From positions 27,351 through 91,350 of the forward strand of contig CAYURQ010000001.1 of the NCBI GenBank assembly GCA_964447315.1: 64,000 nucleotides of DNA, in the 5' to 3' direction. Below, in pieces: positions 39,537 through 48,560 of this stretch (within the stretch, counting starts at the first letter, position 1; the number at the start of each line of letters is the position of its first letter). The notes under the pieces were generated by a model. The model was given only the letters and a program-made list of their open reading frames with translations, was not told where the DNA came from and made no database searches. The position numbers and the translations under genes are program-made. Source of the DNA: Candidatus Woesearchaeota archaeon. GTDB taxonomy: Archaea > Nanobdellota > Nanobdellia > Pacearchaeales > GW2011-AR1.

Positions 39537-39715
39537 ATTATTTCTAACTCTTTTAGTATTTTTAATATTTTCTCTCCATTTTCTGTCTTATTCTTTATTT
39601 CTTGGTAAGCAAGATTCCAACTTATTGGATTTTTATCTATAATTACTATTGTATTGTTTCTTTCTTTTATAGGCACTCCAGAATAAACTTTAAAGAAATC
39701 TTCTTCATTTACCAT
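39533..39715 (-). CDS. hypothetical protein (60 aa), duplicate
   Basis: identical to 34838..35020. Confidence 0.35.
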   Translation of the reverse strand: MVNEEDFFKVYSGVPIKERNNTIVIIDKNPISWNLAYQEIKNKTENGEKILKILKELEII

Positions 39716-39898
39716 TATTAAATTAGTAAATTAATCTTTTTAATTTTTGTCATTTCTTTTTCCTCGGCTTATTCCAATAAGGACTTTGGGGTTTCATGAA
39801 ACACTGAAGAGAAAAGGATATTTAAATGCTGTTTTTTGGAGTGTGGGTAAAACAATTCATCTTAATCTATATATTTTTTAATTAATGATTCTATAATT

Positions 39899-40159
39899 TT
39901 AATTATACACTTTATCTCTTTTATCAATTTTTACTATCAAAATTATTTTCTGAGCTTCTTTAATTTTATATAATGCTCTAAAGTACCCAATTCTATACCT
40001 AAAAACCATCTCATTATTATCTCTCCCAATAAACTTTGAATCACTTGGTACAGGAGTATTTTCAAGGTTTTTTAATCTCTTTTCAATCCTTTCTCTTTCT
40101 TTGGTATCTAATTTGTTTAAAAAATCCTGGGCTTTAACAGACAGCTCTACAGAATACAT
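39899..40159 (-). CDS. relE: RelE/ParE-family toxin, duplicate
   Basis: identical to 35204..35464. Confidence 0.75.
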   Translation of the reverse strand: MYSVELSVKAQDFLNKLDTKERERIEKRLKNLENTPVPSDSKFIGRDNNEMVFRYRIGYFRALYKIKEAQKIILIVKIDKRDKVYN

Positions 40160-40160
40160 T

Positions 40161-40322
40161 TTACAGTCTCTTTGTTCTGCCTTCTTTTAAATCTTCTTCA
40201 GCTTGATTTAAAGAGTTTATGTCGTCTTGGGTTAGAGTTACATCTATTATGTGCTCCTTTAAAGAATCCATATCTTTTTTTAAATTGTCTAGTTTACTTA
40301 TGATTAATTCTTCGTTTTCCAT
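40161..40322 (-). CDS. putative antitoxin (53 aa), duplicate
   Basis: identical to 35466..35627 by the +4695 offset. Confidence 0.5.
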   Translation of the reverse strand: MENEELIISKLDNLKKDMDSLKEHIIDVTLTQDDINSLNQAEEDLKEGRTKRL

Positions 40323-40372
40323 ATCTTCCAATATAAAAATAACTATATAATCTTTTCGTATTTTTTATTTTT

Positions 40373-40436
40373 CATAAGGGGTGTTGGTTGGAGCATTTTA
40401 GGGAGTATTGGGGGAGGAAGGGAAAAGTAGATAAAT
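40373..40436 (+). repeat. G/T-rich boundary element (long form)
   Basis: ...GGAGCATTTTAGGGAGTATTGGGGGAGGAAGGGAAAAGTAGATAAAT; the GGGAAAAGTAGATAAAT tail is shared with 41489..41554. Confidence 0.6.
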
Positions 40437-40591
40437 ATTCATTAAACAATAATATCACAATGAGAAAAAGTTTATATATCCCGCATTGTTTGATAAATTA
40501 TGAGAGTAAAATGGGGGGTGAATGTATTTTCTGAAAGATAGTTTTATAAATATAATTAAATCTCTCTTTTATAAAGATTTTAAGTAAAAAA

Positions 40592-40846
40592 ATGGAACAG
40601 CAATTTATGACAAATAATTCAGATAATTTGCAAGAACTCTTTGATTCTAAAAAAAATGAAGTTGTTTCTCTTTGTAAGGAAGTTGCTGAAAATGAATTTG
40701 ACTTATTTGAATTTAATCTTTTCTTAGCTTCTATGGGGAAGAAAAAATTAGATGAATCTACTAAGAAAGTAAGAGAACTTAGAAAGAAAGTAGATAAAGG
40801 AAAGATTGATTTAACAAAAGACGAAGATATGTTGGATGATTATTAA
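40592..40846 (+). CDS. hypothetical acidic protein (84 aa)
   Basis: ORF only. Confidence 0.35.
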   Translation: MEQQFMTNNSDNLQELFDSKKNEVVSLCKEVAENEFDLFEFNLFLASMGKKKLDESTKKVRELRKKVDKGKIDLTKDEDMLDDY

Positions 40847-41427
40847 TGCCTTTTCTTTTTATTAGAATGTTTATTTTTTGAAAAATTTCTTAACATCTTA
40901 TTTACCTCTTGTTCTGATCCAGGTTCTATAATTGTTGGTACATCCAAATCAATATTTAAATAATTACAAGGATCTTGAAAATCTCTTCTATTATTTGTTG
41001 AGATGCAATTTATTCCAGCAATACAATATACAGATATTATTCTTAAATCATTATCCCCTGCCTTCCAATTATTGTCTTTTCTTTCTGTTTTTAGTTTGTC
41101 AAAAAGTGCATTTACCTTGGCTTGATTTACATCTTTCTTTTTTATGGGTTTTATCCTATTTCTTCTTAAAAAATTAAAGATTTCTCTTTTATTTAATTCT
41201 TTATCTGGATTCTTTTTAGATAACAGATTTAATAATTCACTAAAAACAATATAATTTGTATGAAGAAAATTGCCTCTTTTTGCAATTCTAGGCCTATATC
41301 CCCAAGTTCCTTTTTCATTTTCCATCCAAGAAAAAGAGTTATCTGTATCTAAACCAATTTTTCTTAAAATTTTATTTCTTGCTACAACTCTTTCCATATG
41401 AATAACCTTCTTTTTCTTATTATCCAT
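40843..41427 (-). CDS. hypothetical basic protein (194 aa; start moved to MDNKKKK)
   Basis: the listed N-terminal extension to 41610 is translation of the G/T-rich element. Confidence 0.4.
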   Translation of the reverse strand: MDNKKKKVIHMERVVARNKILRKIGLDTDNSFSWMENEKGTWGYRPRIAKRGNFLHTNYIVFSELLNLLSKKNPDKELNKREIFNFLRRNRIKPIKKKDVNQAKVNALFDKLKTERKDNNWKAGDNDLRIISVYCIAGINCISTNNRRDFQDPCNYLNIDLDVPTIIEPGSEQEVNKMLRNFSKNKHSNKKKRH

Positions 41428-41488
41428 TATTTGTTTAATCAAACTAAATTTAAAAATATATAGCAAGATTAAAGAATTTTTTATTTTC

Positions 41489-41554
41489 CATAGGGGGTGT
41501 TGGTTGGAGCATTTGGGGGAGTGTTTGGAGGGAGAGAGGGAAAAGTAGATAAAT
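41489..41554 (+). repeat. G/T-rich boundary element (long form)
   Basis: CATAGGGGGTGTTGGTTGGAGCATTTGGGGGAGTGTTTGGAGGGAGAGAGGGAAAAGTAGATAAAT. Confidence 0.6.
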
Positions 41555-41575
41555 GTTAAAACAATCTCTTTTTTT

Positions 41576-42445
41576 ATGGAGATTGCATCAGTTATAGAAA
41601 TAGGAAGCAAGTTTTTATCCTATGTTCTTGGGTTTTCAAGCATAGAATCAAATGAGATGGTGTTATACAGAATTCTTGCAGTATTTATTCTTGGTTGGTT
41701 GTGCTTATTTGGTTTTTTAATCATAAGAAAATCAAAATCCTTAAAACATTGGAGAATTCCCCATTTAGTTAGTATTAGTGCCATAATCTTAGTAAGTTCA
41801 GTTGGATTTTTTATTAGTTATATTCTCATATTAAATTTTAATATGTTAATTATTATAACAGAAAATATAAATGAACCAATAAACTTTCTAACAGTACTCT
41901 TTTTTATGATTTTTTACATTTCATTTGGTCTTGATTCAATAAATAAAAAATTAGGGAATGGGGAAAACTCTGAAGAATTAATTCCAAAAGAGGTGGGAAT
42001 CTTTGTCTGGAGATCAATTATGCTTGGATTTGGATTGCTAGTTGTTGTATTGTCCCAATTATTTCTATTAAAATATCTAGGGAGACTTCCTTTTGACTTA
42101 AATGTTTCTCCATCTCCTCCTTGGTTTTATTTAGCTGCGTTTCTTTTCTTTTTTTTAGCTGGAATTCTCCTTTGTTATTTTTCACTTGCAAGAAAAAAAT
42201 CTACTGAATTTTTTAATAAAATGGACAAATTTATGGAAAATAATCTTAGAGTGCCATTCATTTTTATGTTTGTTATTTTCATAATAATATTAATAGATAA
42301 AATAATAAGAAAAGATTCTGATAATTTAATACGTTCAGCTTTTATAAGCGCAGTTTTCTTAGTTATTTCTATTTTTATTAAAAAAATAAATAAGTGGGTA
42401 GTAGATTTTTTGAAAAATCTGGGTACTTTGGAAAAGAAAAAGTAA
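41576..42445 (+). CDS. multi-TM membrane protein (289 aa)
   Basis: several hydrophobic helices. Confidence 0.45.
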   Translation: MEIASVIEIGSKFLSYVLGFSSIESNEMVLYRILAVFILGWLCLFGFLIIRKSKSLKHWRIPHLVSISAIILVSSVGFFISYILILNFNMLIIITENINEPINFLTVLFFMIFYISFGLDSINKKLGNGENSEELIPKEVGIFVWRSIMLGFGLLVVVLSQLFLLKYLGRLPFDLNVSPSPPWFYLAAFLFFFLAGILLCYFSLARKKSTEFFNKMDKFMENNLRVPFIFMFVIFIIILIDKIIRKDSDNLIRSAFISAVFLVISIFIKKINKWVVDFLKNLGTLEKKK

Positions 42446-42471
42446 TTAAACTTAAAAGCTTCTTTAAAAAT

Positions 42472-42645
42472 ATGAAAGATTATATTGAAAATGCCGAAGT
42501 TGTTATAGAAGATGAAATGACTGTCAAAGGTTCTGTAGAGATTGATGAAGATGGAACAGTCACAATAATCAGGGGTGATGGCAGATATAGAGGAAAAAGA
42601 GTTTTAACCCATATTTCTAAGTGCATTATAAAAGAATTATCTTGA
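42472..42645 (+). CDS. small hypothetical protein (start moved to MKDYIEN to avoid overlap)
   Basis: ORF 42394..42645 overlaps the preceding membrane-protein gene. Confidence 0.3.
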   Translation: MKDYIENAEVVIEDEMTVKGSVEIDEDGTVTIIRGDGRYRGKRVLTHISKCIIKELS

Positions 42646-42730
42646 TTTAGTTTCTCCACAAATTACTAATCTCCCTGAATGAATTTATAAGAAAAGTGAA
42701 TTATTTAAATCCTATTCTATATAAGGAAGT

Positions 42731-44074
42731 ATGAAAAAACTCCACACAATTCTTCTAATAGGGTTTATCCTATTAGCTGTAATACTTAATTTTTTACCTA
42801 GGTTGGATTATAATTATCCAATACATGTAGATGAGTATGTTCATATTCAGTATGGGAATCACTTATCTGGTGGGGCTCCCCTTTATTTTGGAGGAGAGTA
42901 TAATAGTCTGGAAGCAGGGTTTCATTATTTAATTGCTACTCTTAATTCTATTGGGGTTCCATATTTGACTATGTTTCAGTTTTTTGCTTCAATAATAACT
43001 ATTCTTATTTGTTTAGGAGTATTTATTTTGGCTAGGAGATTATTTAATGAAAGAGCAGGAGTATATGCTGTTTTATTTATTGCTGTTTTAAAATCAACAA
43101 CAATGATTTTAGGGCCTATGTTCTTTGTTCCAATGGCTATTGGAATGTTTTTTATTGCAATGATTTTGTTTTTAATTGAAATAGGTAGTAAAGCCTGGAT
43201 ACTTTTCCTTGCAGGAATTTTAATGATTCATCCTCCAACTGCAACTGCAATTTTATTGTTAATTAATATTAGGTTTATTTTCTTAAAGAAAAATTATATA
43301 AAGAACTTAGGTTATCAGGCAATTGCAGGATTAATTGCCCTGCCAATGTATATTCCTCACTTCATAAGCAAAGGAGTAGAAACAATTAATTCTCTATCTT
43401 TTACTCCAATAGTAAGTGCATTATTTATTCCGAGATTTTTAACTTATTTTGTAATATTAATAGTAATTGCAGGAATTTATTTTACAGCAGAGAAAAAGAA
43501 GTATTCAATAATAACTTATGCTATTTCATTGCTGATATTTATATTTATATTTTATAAATTTAGAATAGAAGTGTTTATTCCATATCCAAGAGCATTAATG
43601 TATCTTTTTGTTGTATTTGCTCTTTTGTTTGGATATGGGTCTTCAGAATTAATTAAACTTTCAAAGAATAAAAAAATACAAGCAGTAATTCTTATTTTAA
43701 TAATAGCTTTGACATTAATATTTGCACTCCCTTCAAAAATAACTTCTACAAAAGAGCATTTTCAGATAATGGATGATAAAGATTATCAGGCATTTAATTA
43801 TATTAAAGAAAACACTCTTGAAAATTCAATAATTCTTGCAGATCCCTGGAAAGCAAATGCAATAACTCCTTTTGCTGAAAGAGTAGTTTACACTAGGATA
43901 GTTCAGGGGCCTAATGAAGAAAGTGAAATAAAAAACCAAGAATCTTATGATTTTTTTAAAAACAATTGTGAGGATATTAATTTCCTTGTTAATAATCAGA
44001 TAAATGTTGTGTATGGGGAGTGTGGGAATTCTTCTTTGGAGATGGTTTATGAGAATGTTTATTTTCTTAGATAA
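42731..44074 (+). CDS. polytopic membrane protein, GT-C-type glycosyltransferase-like (uncertain)
   Basis: 447 aa, >10 TM helices, acidic motif in the first loop (HVDEYVH). Confidence 0.35.
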   Translation: MKKLHTILLIGFILLAVILNFLPRLDYNYPIHVDEYVHIQYGNHLSGGAPLYFGGEYNSLEAGFHYLIATLNSIGVPYLTMFQFFASIITILICLGVFILARRLFNERAGVYAVLFIAVLKSTTMILGPMFFVPMAIGMFFIAMILFLIEIGSKAWILFLAGILMIHPPTATAILLLINIRFIFLKKNYIKNLGYQAIAGLIALPMYIPHFISKGVETINSLSFTPIVSALFIPRFLTYFVILIVIAGIYFTAEKKKYSIITYAISLLIFIFIFYKFRIEVFIPYPRALMYLFVVFALLFGYGSSELIKLSKNKKIQAVILILIIALTLIFALPSKITSTKEHFQIMDDKDYQAFNYIKENTLENSIILADPWKANAITPFAERVVYTRIVQGPNEESEIKNQESYDFFKNNCEDINFLVNNQINVVYGECGNSSLEMVYENVYFLR

Positions 44075-44149
44075 ACAAATAAAGTATTAAGTAACCCTAT
44101 AATTAAAGTAATCAAACCCTTATATTCTTTTTTTATAATGTTTATTTGA

Positions 44150-44632
44150 CTAAGAATAATGAGATATCCTATTTCTATCTTCTATTGAATAATCCCTTTC
44201 TTCTTGAGGTGGTTCATAGTGAGATTCATTTTTATTTTCAGGCTCGTCTTTTTCAGTAAGAACCATCCAGCTTAATAAAATAATAATTAATCCTCCTAGT
44301 ATTGCAATTGCATAACCAATCCAACCTAAATCTTTTAACTTAAGATAAATAATTCCTGCTCCTAATATTCCTAAAATAATTATGAAAACTTTGTCTTTCC
44401 ATGTTATTGGCTTTTCTTTTTGTTTCTTTATTTTTGGAGGAAAAATAATGCTTATTGCTCCAACAATGATTACTGCAAACATGAACCAATTAATATTAAT
44501 CAAGGAATCAATTGTTGTTTGATAAAATTCTCTTAATAACAAGGTAATTAAAAACAAGAACAACAATATTTGAAATGTTGTGTGAAATATGTGCTTCACA
44601 TGTTCTATTATTATTTTTTGTTTTCTGTTCAT
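44150..44632 (-). CDS. membrane protein related to the 3-TM family (160 aa)
   Basis: C-terminal ...LKLKDLGWIGYAIAILGGLIIILLSWMVLTEKDE parallels ...FKTLELGWLSWVISIIAGVLIVLLSLLVLEEDEE. Confidence 0.45.
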   Translation of the reverse strand: MNRKQKIIIEHVKHIFHTTFQILLFLFLITLLLREFYQTTIDSLININWFMFAVIIVGAISIIFPPKIKKQKEKPITWKDKVFIIILGILGAGIIYLKLKDLGWIGYAIAILGGLIIILLSWMVLTEKDEPENKNESHYEPPQEERDYSIEDRNRISHYS

Positions 44633-45132
44633 TCTACCTTAACCTTCTTTAATTTATCTGCAAGAGCTTTTAATTCTTCATCTGAAGCTCTTGGACCTTC
44701 AATAGAAGTTATATATCCTGGATATTCTTTGAAAAAAACTTCTAAATCATCTAAATATTGTTTCCATTCCCCTTTTTTAAGATGTTCTGTTTTATGCATA
44801 GGAAAAAGCTTAGTATGGGTATGATCTATTCCCATTCCTTCTGCCATAAGTCCAACTCTTCCAACATCCTTGAAATGTTTTTTTAATATTTTAGATACTT
44901 TTTTTGATGCAATTATAAGTTCTTTTAAATTGTTATCTTGTAAATCAAGAACATCGCTTTTTAGATGTTTTTTAGTTATAACTACTGTTGAACCCTCTGT
45001 ACTTGGAAAAGGAGATAAAAATGCCATGTGTTTTTTATCTTCCCAGAATAATCCATGAAGAGGAATGTTTCCTTTAACTATTTCACAGAAAATGCATTTT
45101 CCCTCTTTTGTTTTTGAATCATAGTTTGCCAT
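44629..45132 (-). CDS. HIT-family (histidine triad) hydrolase
   Basis: N-term CIFCEIVKG; histidine-triad-like GIDHTHTKLFPMH. Confidence 0.65.
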   Translation of the reverse strand: MANYDSKTKEGKCIFCEIVKGNIPLHGLFWEDKKHMAFLSPFPSTEGSTVVITKKHLKSDVLDLQDNNLKELIIASKKVSKILKKHFKDVGRVGLMAEGMGIDHTHTKLFPMHKTEHLKKGEWKQYLDDLEVFFKEYPGYITSIEGPRASDEELKALADKLKKVKVE

Positions 45133-46274
45133 TATCCAAACAACCCCTTAAAATTTACATAATCATTAATATTAAACTTTTCTGCATTACCACTATCTAT
45201 TTCCCATACAACATGATAAATATAATCCATAATATATCCTTCATATTTCTTTGAATCAACATACCAATCTCCTTGCTGTGAATCATAACTTAATTCTGGT
45301 TGTTCTAAAACAATTACATACAATGGAGGATATTTCCCTTCCCCTAAATGTGGGACATAAATCCAATGAACATTCCAGTAAAATGAATTCTTGAAATACA
45401 ATGTATTCGGAGCATAAAATATAATTCCTAGTTTTTTATCTTCATTATAAAATATTTCATATTTTGAATTGTTTATTTCGTGGGTAGAGCCTTGTCGGAT
45501 TGTTACTAATTTATTTGTATCAACAATTTCTGAAACACTCTCACGAAGTTCTTGTGAAATATTTGTTGTTTGAGTTCCATTTTCCCTTAATATTATATCT
45601 ATTGTTTGGTTTGTTTCTGTTAAGCTATAATCATTATTGTAAATCTCTAATTTATCTGTGTAAATATCATATCCAGAAAGAATTAATCCATATGCAAAGT
45701 TGCCAAGCTCTGAATTATCATTTGAAGAAGCTGAAAATTCTATCTTGAAATAAGGTTTTTGTTTGAATAAATAATAATCAAACCCTGAATTTAAGTTTTC
45801 AGAGTATAAATCAACTGAAACTTCTTTTATCCTTTTTTCATTAGTTTCTGAAACTGAAGTTTGGTTTGGATTTGTAAACCATCCTATTTTGGTTACTTGT
45901 TCGGGGTCTGTTGTCAAAGAATCAATAATAATTCCATTTGAAGTAGATAAGGTAGTATAATTTGTTCCATTATAAGTTATTATTTGTCTATAACTTTCTT
46001 TTCCAAATAATCTATCTTCATTATTATTTAGATTTAGTTTAGACTCCCATCCACTTAAAAGAAATGTGTTTGAATTTTTGTAATAATTGTAAGAAGTTAT
46101 TCCAGTTGAATTTGAATTTCTTATACTCATTAAATCGGCATTTTTAGAGGGTTCTGCAAACATGAAGATTCCAACAAAAACTAAAATAATCAATAGGATT
46201 GCTCCAAATAAAACCCAATGGTGTTTTATCTCGTATTCTATTTCTTCAATTAAATTATGTTCGTGTTCAGGCAT
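45132..46274 (-). CDS. membrane-anchored extracellular protein (start moved to MPEHEHN)
   Basis: single TM after the N-terminus; Asn/Ser/Thr/Tyr-rich body. Confidence 0.45.
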   Translation of the reverse strand: MPEHEHNLIEEIEYEIKHHWVLFGAILLIILVFVGIFMFAEPSKNADLMSIRNSNSTGITSYNYYKNSNTFLLSGWESKLNLNNNEDRLFGKESYRQIITYNGTNYTTLSTSNGIIIDSLTTDPEQVTKIGWFTNPNQTSVSETNEKRIKEVSVDLYSENLNSGFDYYLFKQKPYFKIEFSASSNDNSELGNFAYGLILSGYDIYTDKLEIYNNDYSLTETNQTIDIILRENGTQTTNISQELRESVSEIVDTNKLVTIRQGSTHEINNSKYEIFYNEDKKLGIIFYAPNTLYFKNSFYWNVHWIYVPHLGEGKYPPLYVIVLEQPELSYDSQQGDWYVDSKKYEGYIMDYIYHVVWEIDSGNAEKFNINDYVNFKGLFG

Positions 46275-46275
46275 T

Positions 46276-46413
46276 TTATTTTTTCTTAGGCTTATTCCAA
46301 TAAGGACTTTTACATTTAGGGCAAACCATAGGCAACTCATTAGAACGAGTTATCCAAGAATGATTACATCTCTCACATTTACATTCAAAAACCTTAATCT
46401 CTTTCTTAGACAT
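46276..46413 (-). CDS. zinc-ribbon small protein (45 aa, not in the ORF track)
   Basis: MSKKEIKVFECKCERCNHSWITRSNELPMVCPKCKSPYWNKPKKK (CxC..C...CPKC); its stop abuts the next gene's ATG. Confidence 0.5.
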   Translation of the reverse strand: MSKKEIKVFECKCERCNHSWITRSNELPMVCPKCKSPYWNKPKKK

Positions 46414-46629
46414 AATTATCAAAACCATTCCAAGTTTAAATGTATTACTATGATAATATACTCACATAAATTTATAAACTATATATATCTATAATATATT
46501 ACTATGAGTAACTACAAACCCAAAACAAGATATTGTTCTAAGTGCCTTCAGAGTATAGATGAAACCAAAGATGATTATGTTATGTTAATTAGTAAAACAG
46601 GGCAAAAAATTAAAGAATTTTTTATTTTC

Positions 46630-46666
46630 CATAGGGGGTGTTGGTTGGAGCATTTTAGGGAGTATT
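46630..46666 (+). repeat. G/T-rich boundary element CATAGGGGGTGTTGGTTGGAGCATTTTAGGGAGTATT
   Basis: fourth copy of this family. Confidence 0.6.
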
Positions 46667-46718
46667 ATCAATTAAACAAAAAGAAATAATTTAAATAGAA
46701 TATTTAGTATCTCTTATT

Positions 46719-47783
46719 ATGGCTAGCATGATTAAAAATAGTACAATTGTTGTTGCTGGAATAATAATCAGTAATTTATTGGCTTATGTATTTCACATTT
46801 ATGTTGGTAGGAGTTTAGGTCCTGCTGAATATGGGGTTTTTGGTGTATTAATGGCATTGCTTACAATAATCTCCTTGCCTGCAGGAGCAATAAGCAGTTC
46901 TTCTACAAAATATATTGCTAAATATAATGTTCAAAAAAAACAAGGGCAAATTGGATTATTAAGAAGAAATTTAAGTATAAAGATAATAACTTATTCCCTA
47001 ATAGTTTTTCTATTAATAATCCTATTAAGTAAACCAATTGCTAATTATCTTAATATAGAATCACAGATTTCAGTTGTTATTGTTGGATTAGCTTCTATTT
47101 TTGCATTAATGCTTCCTATTAATAGAGGAGTTTTACAAGGAATGAAGAAGTTTAAAGCTTATAGCATGAATACAATATTAGAATCAACAATAAGATTAGT
47201 TTTAGTGGTGTTATTTATTTACGCTGGATTAAAATCAGAAGGAGCAATATTAGCTTATGGATTAGCATACTTTTTTGCATTCTTGCTAATCTTTCCATTA
47301 ACAAAAGAAGTAAATTCTCATGACAAAAATGAAAAACTTATTTCTCCTAATTTCTTGAAATTTGCAATCTTGGTTTTAATAGTGAATTTAATAATACAAG
47401 GAATAATTAATATCCCCACAATATTTATTAAACATTATTTAACAGCAGAGTTTACAGGATTATGGACAGCAGCATTAACTTTAGCTAGAATTAGCTTATT
47501 TGTGGTTGGAGGAATAATTTTAGTTATGTTTCCAGAAGTAGCTGAAAAATCAAACCATAAAGATAAAAGAGCTGTGTTAAAGAAGGCATTCATATTAACA
47601 CTTATCTGCTCATTTGGCATTGCATTAATTTTCTGGATAATTCCTGAACCATTTATTAATATTTTATATGGCTCAGAATTCCTTGGAGCAGTTCCAATAT
47701 TAAAATGGATGAGTATTGCAATGATTGGAATAGCCTCACTTCAGCTTAGTTTGAATTATTGGTTGGCGGGGAAGAAAGAATAA
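46719..47783 (+). CDS. polysaccharide/oligosaccharide flippase-like membrane protein (Wzx/MOP-type), short
   Basis: N-term ...VVAGIIISNLLAYVFHIYVGRSLGPAEYGVFGVLMAL typical of Wzx-like flippases; 354 aa is short for the family. Confidence 0.5.
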   Translation: MASMIKNSTIVVAGIIISNLLAYVFHIYVGRSLGPAEYGVFGVLMALLTIISLPAGAISSSSTKYIAKYNVQKKQGQIGLLRRNLSIKIITYSLIVFLLIILLSKPIANYLNIESQISVVIVGLASIFALMLPINRGVLQGMKKFKAYSMNTILESTIRLVLVVLFIYAGLKSEGAILAYGLAYFFAFLLIFPLTKEVNSHDKNEKLISPNFLKFAILVLIVNLIIQGIINIPTIFIKHYLTAEFTGLWTAALTLARISLFVVGGIILVMFPEVAEKSNHKDKRAVLKKAFILTLICSFGIALIFWIIPEPFINILYGSEFLGAVPILKWMSIAMIGIASLQLSLNYWLAGKKE

Positions 47784-47824
47784 AAAACAAAAATTTTAAA
47801 TAAACTTAATAATTCTAAAAAAAA

Positions 47825-48547
47825 ATGGTTAAGAAGATATTAGATTTTGGATGTGGGAAAGGAATAATAAGCAATTACCTAACTAAAAAAAATAAAAATT
47901 CCTATATATATGGAATAGACATCTCTAAAGAAAACATTAAAGAATGTAAAAAAAATAAAATATCAGAAAACCAATATTTTAAAATTAACGTAGGCAATAA
48001 AACTCATTTCAAAGATGATTATTTTGATGAAGTACATTGTTATGAAGTTTTAGAACATGTAAAAAATGTAAAAAAAACTTTATCTGAAATAAAGAGAGTA
48101 TTAAAAAATGGTGGGAGATTATATTTGTCGGTTCCTTTAGAAAAGAGTGAAAAGATACTCCAAAAGTATAATAAAAAATATATGAATCAAATAGGCCACA
48201 AGAGAACCTTCAGTAAAAATAAAATAATTCAAACACTAAACGAAAGAGATTTTGCGATAATCAATTACAAGCAAATTAACTCTATAAAACATTTATATTG
48301 GAGATTTCTTTTTAGGAATAAAATAGAAATATTGGACCAAAATGCAAAAATCAAATCAAAAAAATTAGCATTTTTTAAGTTAATCAATGTATTTCTTTCT
48401 AGAGGGTCCTATGCTCTTTATCTTGGAGAAAAATCTCAAAAAAGATTCATTTATTTAATTTGTATTCTTGGAACGCCTTTTGGAATTATTTTAGATTTAT
48501 TTTTAATAAAAAAACAACAAAAAATAACATCCATAAATATAAAGTAG
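47825..48547 (+). CDS. class I SAM-dependent methyltransferase
   Basis: motif I ILDFGCGKGI; post-I D, and motif II/III-like segments. Confidence 0.7.
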   Translation: MVKKILDFGCGKGIISNYLTKKNKNSYIYGIDISKENIKECKKNKISENQYFKINVGNKTHFKDDYFDEVHCYEVLEHVKNVKKTLSEIKRVLKNGGRLYLSVPLEKSEKILQKYNKKYMNQIGHKRTFSKNKIIQTLNERDFAIINYKQINSIKHLYWRFLFRNKIEILDQNAKIKSKKLAFFKLINVFLSRGSYALYLGEKSQKRFIYLICILGTPFGIILDLFLIKKQQKITSINIK

Positions 48548-48560
48548 AGTTTAGACTAAT

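Larger units (their letters stand above)
36259..40410. repeat. 4152-bp unit, copy 2 of the direct duplication
   Basis: offset +4695 relative to copy 1. Confidence 0.85.

Noticed and set aside
31564-40410. A CRISPR array or integron attC array as the explanation for the repeated structure
   Set aside because: The repeats are kb-scale gene-containing units, not short repeat-spacer units. The G/T-rich junction elements lack the imperfect inverted-repeat structure of attC sites. No cas or integrase gene is present in the window.
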